From Bdellovibrionales bacterium (GTDB lineage: Bacteria; Bdellovibrionota; Bdellovibrionia; Bdellovibrionales; UBA1609), in contig DAHVQG010000005.1 in assembly GCA_027317865.1 (NCBI GenBank), forward strand, positions 128,001 through 192,000: DNA of 64,000 nucleotides. The letters are read 5' to 3'. The notes under the pieces were generated by a model. That model was not told where the DNA came from. It saw only the letters and a list, made by a program, of their open reading frames with translations, and ran no database searches. Below are positions 28,109 through 36,665 of this stretch, piece by piece (position 1 is the stretch's first letter; every line of letters begins with the position of its first letter). A program made the translations under genes and the position numbers.

Positions 28109-29572
28109 TCAGTCCACCCTCGTGCACATATTGTCATCGTGAATAGCTTGTGAGAATGGCCGCGTTGAGGGCGTATGGTTATCATAGCAATCCTCCCACC
28201 AATTCGGCATGACGCGAACGCAGTTATTGCCGTAAGCGGTGTTGTCCCCAAAAGTGTCGTCCGTTACGGTTTCAGAAAACCGCCGTTCTAGCCGGACGGT
28301 TTGAAGGATGTTGTTTACGGCAAGACTTAGCGTTGGTTTTGAAATTTGATAAATAGGTATCACCTTGGCGTCATATTGCACAGAATACATAACGGGTACC
28401 CGCCACTGGTCACAAACAAAGTCGTGTGGAACGTTACTGATGCTCACATCAACGCTTTGACCTGGCGCCAGGGCAAAGGTCATCGCGCCGTTAACGACGG
28501 TTGAAGGCCCGTGGATTGAAATTTCCGTTGGGATTTTAACTTTTGCCCAAGTGTAGCTCCCATCTTTAAAAAGATGATTTTCAAATTGAAGTGTCGCGCG
28601 CGAAAGTGGCGGGATTGCAAAATAGAGTGTTTTATCCCCATGATTTTTCACCACGTAGTTGCGCCAAGTGTAGTCAAAAATGTTGTGGCTACTCATCATA
28701 TTTGGGTAATTTGTCGCAACCGGATCGACCGAAAATTGGGGTTCAACCATGGTCATTAAAATCAGATTCGAAGCTGCTGCAACACGTGAGGCACGGTTAT
28801 AAACGATAAGCCGGCAGTACTGTTGAGACGCATATTTTCTTGCTGCGACTACAGGATCAACTCCCCCACGAGGAGTAAATTGCAATCCGAACAAGGGGCT
28901 GCCGTAAAGGTCTTTTTGAATCATGGCCTCGTCGACTTCGCATACAAGAGCCGATTTGGCTGAATCTACCCCTTGAATTTGAACCCGGAAATTTGCGAGA
29001 TGATTGTAATCGAGTCGAAGAAATCCGTCGTTGTCAGACAGCGCATGACTGACGTCAAAAATCCGTATCTGTGTGTCGTGTGAGTCTTCAGTGGTCAAAT
29101 GAACCTTAGGGAACGAAAAGCTGTGGGTCGAACCGTTCGCCGCACTGATCGTAAAGCGCATTGAGCAGTTCAGTTCCGTTGCGCCACCCCAAACATCATT
29201 GAGTAGCGTTTTAGCCGAGAAAAATTGTACAACCTTGTATTCGGCTGAATATGGCAGAGTCACTGTATCTGTACCAATGGGCTGATTGAGAACTGAACAC
29301 GCGCTTTGTACTTGCAGTGTCGTAAGGCCGCGGCCGTTATCGTAAACTGGCGTCAGTCTCATTTTGTCGTTTGTGTTGAGCTTAATGGCTTTATTTGATT
29401 CCGCTGTATTGAGGGCGACCCGTTTGCCATTTCGGCGAAGAACAATAGGTTCGTGAACCAGCATGCCGGTTGGCCCCCAAGATTTGTTTGAATTAGTGTC
29501 CGAACTGCAAGAAATAAGTCCAACAGTTAAGACAAAGGTGCAGACGAGTAACATTTTTTGCTTAGTATTCAT
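28109..29572 (-). CDS. Hypothetical lipoprotein
   Basis: MNTKQKMLLVCTFVLTVGLISC lipobox; GGGAGG SD; several Cys. Confidence 0.75.
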   Translation of the reverse strand: MNTKQKMLLVCTFVLTVGLISCSSDTNSNKSWGPTGMLVHEPIVLRRNGKRVALNTAESNKAIKLNTNDKMRLTPVYDNGRGLTTLQVQSACSVLNQPIGTDTVTLPYSAEYKVVQFFSAKTLLNDVWGGATELNCSMRFTISAANGSTHSFSFPKVHLTTEDSHDTQIRIFDVSHALSDNDGFLRLDYNHLANFRVQIQGVDSAKSALVCEVDEAMIQKDLYGSPLFGLQFTPRGGVDPVVAARKYASQQYCRLIVYNRASRVAAASNLILMTMVEPQFSVDPVATNYPNMMSSHNIFDYTWRNYVVKNHGDKTLYFAIPPLSRATLQFENHLFKDGSYTWAKVKIPTEISIHGPSTVVNGAMTFALAPGQSVDVSISNVPHDFVCDQWRVPVMYSVQYDAKVIPIYQISKPTLSLAVNNILQTVRLERRFSETVTDDTFGDNTAYGNNCVRVMPNWWEDCYDNHTPSTRPFSQAIHDDNMCTRVD

Positions 29573-29602
29573 TGCGAAACCTCCCTTTGGGAGGGGCGTT
29601 AC

Positions 29603-29618
29603 GCAACTAACGTGCCAA
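29603..29618 (-). promoter_or_regulatory. sigma54 -24/-12 promoter
   Basis: TTGGCACGTTAGTTGC, exact TGGCAC-N5-TTGC, about 30 nt upstream of ATG 29572. Confidence 0.8.
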
Positions 29619-29645
29619 TTGGTTCGCAGGGTGCATGAACGCGCG

Positions 29646-29933
29646 TTACCAATAGGTGGTATCGATAACAATGTCGTTTAAAACACAGGTTTGGCAACTG
29701 ATTCGAAATTCGCGGCTGACATTTTGGCGCAATTTTAGGTCATGCTCCAGCGTGCTTTCAGGGCTCAAATTTTCGGCGCCGGCGAGAATTCTCACGCGGC
29801 ATTTCGAACACACCCCTTCGCCGTGACAAGAACTTGCGACAGGCAAACCGTGAGCCAGTAAGGCACGCATGAGATTGGCTCCCCGTTCAACGGTGATGGG
29901 TGGAATGGGCTTTACAAAATTAATTTGTGGCAC
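29646..29933 (-). CDS. 2Fe-2S ferredoxin
   Basis: SSCHGEGVCSKC...RISCQ. Confidence 0.9.
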   Translation of the reverse strand: MPQINFVKPIPPITVERGANLMRALLAHGLPVASSCHGEGVCSKCRVRILAGAENLSPESTLEHDLKLRQNVSREFRISCQTCVLNDIVIDTTYW

Positions 29934-29949
29934 GGCTATACTTTACTAA

Positions 29950-30630
29950 ATGGAGCGGGCCAAATATATAGGTCTTATGAAAAATGTCCTGGTTTTTGGC
30001 GCAAGCCGCGGCCTTGGTTGCGCGCTCACACAAGAGATTTACAAGCAATTTCCGGAGTGTCGGTTTTTGCTGATCGCGCGTACTACAAACGACGTAATTC
30101 CCGAACATGTCGGTAGATGGGCTCAAATGGATCTCTCGCGGCCATCTTCTCAGGCGAGCGCATGTGAAGAGATGATTGTATTTCAGCCGAGCCACGTCAT
30201 TTATGCCGCCGGTGGTGGCCCTTACGGGTTGTTCGAAGCCAAAGCGATCGATTCGCATCTTTGGGCCACAGAAGTCAATTATCTAGCTGTTTTGCGAATA
30301 TTACATTTTGCTCTCCAGGCCCGCAAAAAGATGCCGGGGCTTAAACAATTTGCGGTTGTCGGTTCAGCCGTGGCAGGTAAAGCTCCCGATCCAATGGCCT
30401 CGAGTTATGCAGCCGCTAAACATGCTTTGCGCGGGTTAATCGGGTCTGTCGCTCTTGAAAAACCGTGGTTTGATGTGAAACTCTATGAACCTGGCTATAT
30501 GGATACGGATCTTTTGCCTAAAAACTCTTGGCCGCGCACGAAGGGGATTGTATCGAGTCCGAATGACGAAGCAAAAAAAATGCTTCATTTTTTGCAAGCA
30601 AAAACGACATGGGATGGAGGATTGGCATGA
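29950..30630 (+). CDS. Short-chain dehydrogenase/reductase
   Basis: FGASRGLG, YAAAK, PGYMDT; start may be 29977. Confidence 0.88.
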   Translation: MERAKYIGLMKNVLVFGASRGLGCALTQEIYKQFPECRFLLIARTTNDVIPEHVGRWAQMDLSRPSSQASACEEMIVFQPSHVIYAAGGGPYGLFEAKAIDSHLWATEVNYLAVLRILHFALQARKKMPGLKQFAVVGSAVAGKAPDPMASSYAAAKHALRGLIGSVALEKPWFDVKLYEPGYMDTDLLPKNSWPRTKGIVSSPNDEAKKMLHFLQAKTTWDGGLA

Positions 30631-31577
30631 GCGAGATTGAAAAAACCAGAAAAGTTGAAAATGTTATTATTGTTGGTTCAGGACCCGCCGGTTTAACTGC
30701 GGCGATCTACTCAGCGCGCGCAAATCTGAGCCCGTTTATGATTGAAGGCGAAGAAGTCGGCGGTCAGTTGATGACGACAACCGAGGTGGAGAATTATCCG
30801 GGATTTACAAAAGGCATTATGGGACCAGAGCTAATGACCATAATGAGAGAACAGGCCGCGCGTTTTGGCACGCGATTTTTATCGAAAAATGTAACCAAAG
30901 TTGATTTTTCTAATCGTCCATTCAAAATTTGGGTGGGTTCGGATCTTTTTGAATCACGAGCGGTGATAATTTCAACCGGCGCTTCGGCGAAGTATTTAGG
31001 ATTAGCTAACGAACGGCGTCTTTTGGGCCGCGGGGTTTCAGCCTGTGCGACTTGCGACGGTGCTTTTTTTCGAAACCAAAAAGTTGCGGTTGTCGGCGGC
31101 GGCGACACGGCGATGGAAGAAGCCAATTTTTTAACTAAATTTGCGTCGAAAGTAGTTGTCATACATCGACGCGATCACTTTCGCGCCTCTAAAATTATGG
31201 CCGAGCGGGTTCTGAATAATCCAAAAATTGAAGTCATGTGGGATTCTGAAATTGCTGACGTAGTTGGCGATGATGGTGTAACCGGTGTCAAAGTTAAAAA
31301 TCTGAAAAGTGGTGAACTTCGCGATGTTCCGCTTGAGGGAGTGTTTATCGCAATCGGGCACAAACCCAACACCGAAGTTTTTAAGGGACAAATTGCACTC
31401 GATGAAACGGGCTACATTGTGACGGAGGGCAAGTCGACCTATACGTCTGTGCCCGGAGTTTTTGCGGCCGGTGATGTACAAGACCACGTTTATCGTCAGG
31501 CCGTCACTGCGGCGGGCACGGGTTGCATGGCGGCCATCGATGTCGAGCGGTGGCTTGAAAAATCGGCGCATGTTTAG
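30627..31577 (+). CDS. trxB: Thioredoxin reductase
   Basis: GSGPAG, CATCDG, GGGDTA, AAGDV; GGAGG before ATG 30627. Confidence 0.97.
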   Translation: MSEIEKTRKVENVIIVGSGPAGLTAAIYSARANLSPFMIEGEEVGGQLMTTTEVENYPGFTKGIMGPELMTIMREQAARFGTRFLSKNVTKVDFSNRPFKIWVGSDLFESRAVIISTGASAKYLGLANERRLLGRGVSACATCDGAFFRNQKVAVVGGGDTAMEEANFLTKFASKVVVIHRRDHFRASKIMAERVLNNPKIEVMWDSEIADVVGDDGVTGVKVKNLKSGELRDVPLEGVFIAIGHKPNTEVFKGQIALDETGYIVTEGKSTYTSVPGVFAAGDVQDHVYRQAVTAAGTGCMAAIDVERWLEKSAHV

Positions 31578-31704
31578 CCGAAATTCGAAAATACATTCTT
31601 AAAGATTTATCGGGCGATACATTCTCAATCAGCACGAGCTTGACGACGGAAAACTCTTAATTGAAAATAGATATTCGACACAATGTCTGTTGGAGGGCAC
31701 CACG

Positions 31705-32787
31705 ATCAAAACGATCTTTGTTGTCGGCTTAGTGATTAGTTTAGCACTGACTTTTAGTGCTTGTTCCGTAAATAATGGACCATCTGGAGCATCTGAAGAT
31801 GCCTCTATTAGTGGCCTCGCAGCCGAGGCGGTTGGCGGCGCACTCAATTTTAGTTTGAGTAGCGGCACCTTTACAATGTCAGAAATGCGCTCTCAACAAT
31901 CGCTTTTTTCTTGGCTCAATCTATTTTCAGGAATTGCCCACGCCAGTACCTCAACGTGTCCGACAATATCCGATTCTAGTAGCTCCGGCCCCAACACGTG
32001 TTCGTCGGCGAGTAACGTCGCGACTCTAGATTATTCCGACTGCAGCTTTGGAAATTCATCCGCCACGTGGAACGGCTTTACTCAACTATCTTTTTCTGGC
32101 GCGACGGCTCTGGCGTGCGGAACTTTCCCCTCGCCAACTAACGATACGTTACTGCGACAGGCCGTAGCATCGGCAGGTGGAGCGGCGGGGACACTAACTC
32201 GGACTTCATCATCTGGAACGGTGTTGACTGTTGATGACACAATACACGGCATTGATGGGAATTATCAGGGCGACACTTTTAACGGGAGCGCACCGAGTAA
32301 TTTTTCATTCACGCCCTTTAATTCTGGTGGTGGTAAAGAGGTCGTGTTTAATGCCAGCGGCCAGCAAACCTCCGTGACAATAGCTGAACATTTGTCGGGG
32401 TCCTTGGATGGTAATGCGCTCTTCGATCATACCATCGCGGGCACAGTTAATGTGAGCGAGTCGGGTTCGGGATCGTCGACAGTTTGGACGGCAACAGCGG
32501 GTACCGTTTCAAGTGGAACATGTTCTAATGGCGTAACGGGTTACGATAATGTGATGAAAATGATGGGACAAACATGCTTTGAAAATGTGACGTACAATGC
32601 GACTTGCTGCCAGCCTATTTCGGGCACAATAGTTACTACGTTTACCAACACAAGCAATAGCCCAAGTACCGCAATAGCGTGTATGAGCGGTCAAACCGAA
32701 ACGCTGACGATCACCGGTTGTGGTAAGGCAACTTATACGAGTTGCACAGGAGCAACGACATCAGTCAATTTGGATCAATGCTTTTAA
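31705..32787 (+). CDS. Ser/Thr/Gly/Cys-rich lipoprotein; start apparently ATC
   Basis: (I/M)KTIFVVGLVISLALTFSAC lipobox; GGAGG 8 nt before ATC 31705; ORF track uses TTG 31690. Confidence 0.75.
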   Translation: MKTIFVVGLVISLALTFSACSVNNGPSGASEDASISGLAAEAVGGALNFSLSSGTFTMSEMRSQQSLFSWLNLFSGIAHASTSTCPTISDSSSSGPNTCSSASNVATLDYSDCSFGNSSATWNGFTQLSFSGATALACGTFPSPTNDTLLRQAVASAGGAAGTLTRTSSSGTVLTVDDTIHGIDGNYQGDTFNGSAPSNFSFTPFNSGGGKEVVFNASGQQTSVTIAEHLSGSLDGNALFDHTIAGTVNVSESGSGSSTVWTATAGTVSSGTCSNGVTGYDNVMKMMGQTCFENVTYNATCCQPISGTIVTTFTNTSNSPSTAIACMSGQTETLTITGCGKATYTSCTGATTSVNLDQCF

Positions 32788-32896
32788 TGCCGGCGCGTTC
32801 AAATTACATCGCACCACGAGTTGAATTAGCGATCGACTTCGACCGCTACGTATAATAGGGTTTTGAGAGCAGGCGATACCGAGTGAAACCTTAAAT

Positions 32897-33397
32897 ATGA
32901 AGCGAATAGATTGCCGAGACTTAGTTTCAAAAATTGCGCAAATAATTGACGAACGCGTAAAAGCGGAGTCGGTTGTGCAGATCGGTGAGGTTCGGGCCAT
33001 TCGTGACGCAAAAAGGACGCGCGAGCCGGCTCGGTTGTGGTTAATTGATGACGATGAATCGATTCGCCGGGCCCTCATTCGAATATTTGCCGACGATAAT
33101 TACCAAATTTTTTCAGCTGCAAATGCAAACGAAATCGACCAAGTTCTAGGCGGAGGCGCTCCGAATCTGATTCTTCTTGATATTGGTCTGCCGTGGATAA
33201 ACGGATTTGAACTGGCCGAGTTAATGAAATCGCATCGAGATCTTGCGCAAGTACCGATAGTGTTTATTTCCGGCCAAAACTCAATGCCGATAATTAAAAA
33301 AGGGTTTCAAGTCGGGGCTCACGATTTTATTACAAAGCCGTTCGATATCGAAGCACTCAAAAAAACCGTGAAAACCCTTTTGGCTTTAAACTCTTAA
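32897..33397 (+). CDS. Single-domain response regulator with N-terminal extension
   Basis: LIDDD, LLDIGLP, FISG, ITKPF. Confidence 0.88.
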   Translation: MKRIDCRDLVSKIAQIIDERVKAESVVQIGEVRAIRDAKRTREPARLWLIDDDESIRRALIRIFADDNYQIFSAANANEIDQVLGGGAPNLILLDIGLPWINGFELAELMKSHRDLAQVPIVFISGQNSMPIIKKGFQVGAHDFITKPFDIEALKKTVKTLLALNS

Positions 33398-35100
33398 AGA
33401 GTCAGCGGTATGCCCTTCGGGATCGCGCTCAAAAGCTTTTTAGTATATTCGTGTTGCGGGTTTTTATAGATCGATACCGCATCGGATCTTTCGACAATTT
33501 CACCATTATACATAACAGCCACTTCGTCAGCGATGTAATTCACGACGGCCAAATCGTGCGAAATAAAAACATAAGACAAATTGAATTCGTCCTGCAAATC
33601 GAGAAGTAAATTGAGAATTTGTGCTTGCACTGACACATCCAGCGCTGATACGGACTCATCGCAAACAATAAATTCGGGTTCTACGGCGAGCGCTCGCGCA
33701 ATGCAAATACGCTGGCGTTGCCCGCCTGAAAACTCATGCGGATACCGATTCAGCATCGAAGCGTCAAGGCCCACGCGAGTGAGCAGTTGCGCCGTTCGCT
33801 CGACTCGTCGTTTGCGGTCTGTTTCGAGCTTATGAATAATCATGGGCTCCATAATAGCTGCGCCGATGGTCATCCTTGGGTTAAGAGACGCATACGGGTC
33901 TTGAAATACAATTTGCATTTTACGCCGGAGCTGTCGCATTTCTTTCGGAGACAATTTACCGATATCTTGACCCTTATACCGAATGTCACCTTCTGTCGTT
34001 TCGATAAGTCGCACGATCGCTCGTCCAAGAGTGGTTTTTCCACAACCCGATTCACCGACGAGGCCAAGAGTGCGGCCCTTTCTTACTTCTAACGTCACTC
34101 CGTTTACGGCTTTTACAAAGGATTTCGGTTTGCCGAACAGAGTTTTCTCAAGCGTAAAATATTTTTTGACGTTTCGAATTTCAAGTATGACAGGATTTTC
34201 TGCTGTAATCGGACGTTGCACCTTCGGTGTTTTGAGAATTGATAGGTCGAACTTTTTTTCTTGGCCGTCTTCGGTCATAAAGTCAGTGATTGTGGGTAAC
34301 CGGCGCGGATTTTTATCAAGCGTCGGACGGCAGGCCATAAGACCTTTGGTATAGGGATGTTTGGCGTTTTCAAAAATCTCAGATTTCGGACCTTGTTCAA
34401 CAATTTGGCCCTTATACATGACGACGACCTGGTCCGCGATGTCACCAACGACGCCCAAATCGTGGGTGATGAAAAGAACGCTCATCCCGTATTTTTTCTG
34501 TAGCGACGAGATAAGTTCAAGAATTTGCTTTTGGATCGTCACATCGAGCGCTGTTGTCGGCTCGTCGGCAATCAAAAGCTCGGGTTCGCACGAAATGGCC
34601 ATCGCGATCATTACACGTTGTCGCTGCCCACCGCTGAGTTCATGAGGATAGGAATTAATACGCGATGCCGGATTGGGGATTCCAACTTGATCCAACAGTT
34701 CAACCGTGCGCGCGAGTGCTGCGGATTTGCTCATCCCTTTGTGGAGCATGAGGGCTTCAGCTACCTGATCGCCGATTGTAAAAACCGGGTTAAGACTCGT
34801 CATCGGCTCTTGAAAAATCATCGAAATTTTATTGCCGCGAATGGTACGAATTTCACGTTCTTTGAGTTCGAGAAGATTTTGTTCTTTATAAAATATGCGG
34901 CCGCCTTTTATTTCACCCGGAGGCGAAGCGATCAGCCGCATTATTGAAAGCGAGGTCACGCTTTTACCCGATCCGGATTCACCGACGAGGCCGACAGTTT
35001 TACCTTTTGGGATTGAAAAAGAAATCCCTTTGACGGCGTGGATAACGCCTTCATCAGTTTTAAAATCGATTACAAGATCTTCGACTCGAATAAGATCCAT
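33394..35100 (-). CDS. Dual-NBD peptide ABC ATPase (YejF/OppDF-like)
   Basis: GESGSGKS and GESGCGKT; two SGGQRQR signatures. Confidence 0.95.
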   Translation of the reverse strand: MDLIRVEDLVIDFKTDEGVIHAVKGISFSIPKGKTVGLVGESGSGKSVTSLSIMRLIASPPGEIKGGRIFYKEQNLLELKEREIRTIRGNKISMIFQEPMTSLNPVFTIGDQVAEALMLHKGMSKSAALARTVELLDQVGIPNPASRINSYPHELSGGQRQRVMIAMAISCEPELLIADEPTTALDVTIQKQILELISSLQKKYGMSVLFITHDLGVVGDIADQVVVMYKGQIVEQGPKSEIFENAKHPYTKGLMACRPTLDKNPRRLPTITDFMTEDGQEKKFDLSILKTPKVQRPITAENPVILEIRNVKKYFTLEKTLFGKPKSFVKAVNGVTLEVRKGRTLGLVGESGCGKTTLGRAIVRLIETTEGDIRYKGQDIGKLSPKEMRQLRRKMQIVFQDPYASLNPRMTIGAAIMEPMIIHKLETDRKRRVERTAQLLTRVGLDASMLNRYPHEFSGGQRQRICIARALAVEPEFIVCDESVSALDVSVQAQILNLLLDLQDEFNLSYVFISHDLAVVNYIADEVAVMYNGEIVERSDAVSIYKNPQHEYTKKLLSAIPKGIPLTL

Positions 35101-35171
35101 TGCCCCACCTCGTGATCAAACATCCACCGAGTATGGGGTTTAAGTCAACTCCCGCGCGACGAAAACGCAAC

Positions 35172-35828
35172 TTAAGCAAGCATTTGAATCAGTTGCGATA
35201 AATCACTGTACGATTTAAGCCGTGCGTGGGCGCCGGCGCTGATTAGATCAACAACAGGGGTGTACCCGAATTCGATGGCAATGGACCGGACGCCCGCGTT
35301 TTGGGCGGCTATAATATCGGGCAACCCATCGCCGATCATTAACGTTTGTTCAGGCATCGCGTGAGCCTCGCGCATAGCCGCGTAAAGCGGAATCGCCGAC
35401 GGTTTTGGTTGTTCGTGGGTGTTGCCGCCGCAAATATGCCTCCATGAGAATTGGGCCAGCGGCGAGCGGGAGATAAGTTCGTAAATGTAATCATCATGCT
35501 TATTGCTCACAATCGCAATTTCATTTGGCCACCCTCGTAAGAATTCGACAACGCCCGGAAACGGTTCGGTTTCTTCGAGAAACGTTGATTTATAGTGCCG
35601 GCGAAAGTCTTCCAGAAGCTTGTCGCGTGATCCTAAACGATTTTGGGTGGCATCATCCAGTTGAGCAATAAGTGAACTGAGCCCTAGACCAATAAATGTT
35701 CGAATTAGCTCGTCGGGGAGCGGCTTTTCACCGCGTTCGCGCATGAGCCGATGCATGGCGCGTGCAATGCCTGGAGCGGTATCAAATAGCGTTCCATCAA
35801 GGTCGAATATGAGTAGTTTAAACATCAT
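35172..35828 (-). CDS. HAD hydrolase (phosphoglycolate phosphatase-like)
   Basis: FDLDGTL, SNK, KP, IGDGLPD. Confidence 0.9.
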   Translation of the reverse strand: MMFKLLIFDLDGTLFDTAPGIARAMHRLMRERGEKPLPDELIRTFIGLGLSSLIAQLDDATQNRLGSRDKLLEDFRRHYKSTFLEETEPFPGVVEFLRGWPNEIAIVSNKHDDYIYELISRSPLAQFSWRHICGGNTHEQPKPSAIPLYAAMREAHAMPEQTLMIGDGLPDIIAAQNAGVRSIAIEFGYTPVVDLISAGAHARLKSYSDLSQLIQMLA

Positions 35829-35830
35829 GC

Positions 35831-36640
35831 CTAAACCGGCGTGGCTCGAGCTCGCAAAAAACTCTCGACAAACATTTTGTAAGGATCTGCGTCATCTTTC
35901 ATTCCCGTTAAGTGGCGCGAATGAGGCAACATTGACTTTTGTAAATCAATTTGACCAAAACCCGCGGCGAATAACTCATCGATCATATCCGGTTGAACAA
36001 GCGTATCGGCTGTCGCCTGAAGGCTGAGAACCGGAAAACCTTTTGGCAAGGATTTAAGCGCGCAATCGGCGTCTTCATCATAATGGGCGCGGCCAAAAAT
36101 TCCCGCTGCAAATATTGCGACTGAGCGGCGAAAAGCCGGCAGACGAAACATCGGATTTTGCGAGATTAAATCATGACCCAAGATGGGGACAGTAAAGAGT
36201 CCTTCATTCACGAAATGTTCAATCGCTCTTTGCATGTGTTTAAATGGACCACCGTCACAAATCCATCCTTTAATGTCGATGGCGTGCCGGCGATAAATCG
36301 CCATAAGTGCGGCAATCGACCCGTAAGAAAAGCTGAAAATAAATTTTTCGTCGGCTATCGAGCCCAAAACATCTTCGATTTTGTCAGCCCACAAATGGCG
36401 GAGTCCAAATCGCCATTCGCGACTGAGCGGAAAACGCGGCAGCTCCGTCACGTTGCTGGCCGGCAGATCAAAAGTTATAGCGTCAAACCCGAGCTCATTT
36501 ACAAATTCTATGTGCCTGTGAAAGGTGTGGCGATTTCCGCCATAGTTGTGCACAAAAACGATCACCTCGCGAAATCGCCGTTTGTCCCGCGCCGGGTGAC
36601 GTTCAAAAAGCGCTTCGGTTCGCACGATTGCGGAGGTCAT
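35831..36640 (-). CDS. Alpha/beta hydrolase
   Basis: VFVHNYGG, SFSYG nucleophile elbow, ADTLV, RH. Confidence 0.75.
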   Translation of the reverse strand: MTSAIVRTEALFERHPARDKRRFREVIVFVHNYGGNRHTFHRHIEFVNELGFDAITFDLPASNVTELPRFPLSREWRFGLRHLWADKIEDVLGSIADEKFIFSFSYGSIAALMAIYRRHAIDIKGWICDGGPFKHMQRAIEHFVNEGLFTVPILGHDLISQNPMFRLPAFRRSVAIFAAGIFGRAHYDEDADCALKSLPKGFPVLSLQATADTLVQPDMIDELFAAGFGQIDLQKSMLPHSRHLTGMKDDADPYKMFVESFLRARATPV

Positions 36641-36665
36641 TTTGTTCTTTCTAGAGCGATCAGTT

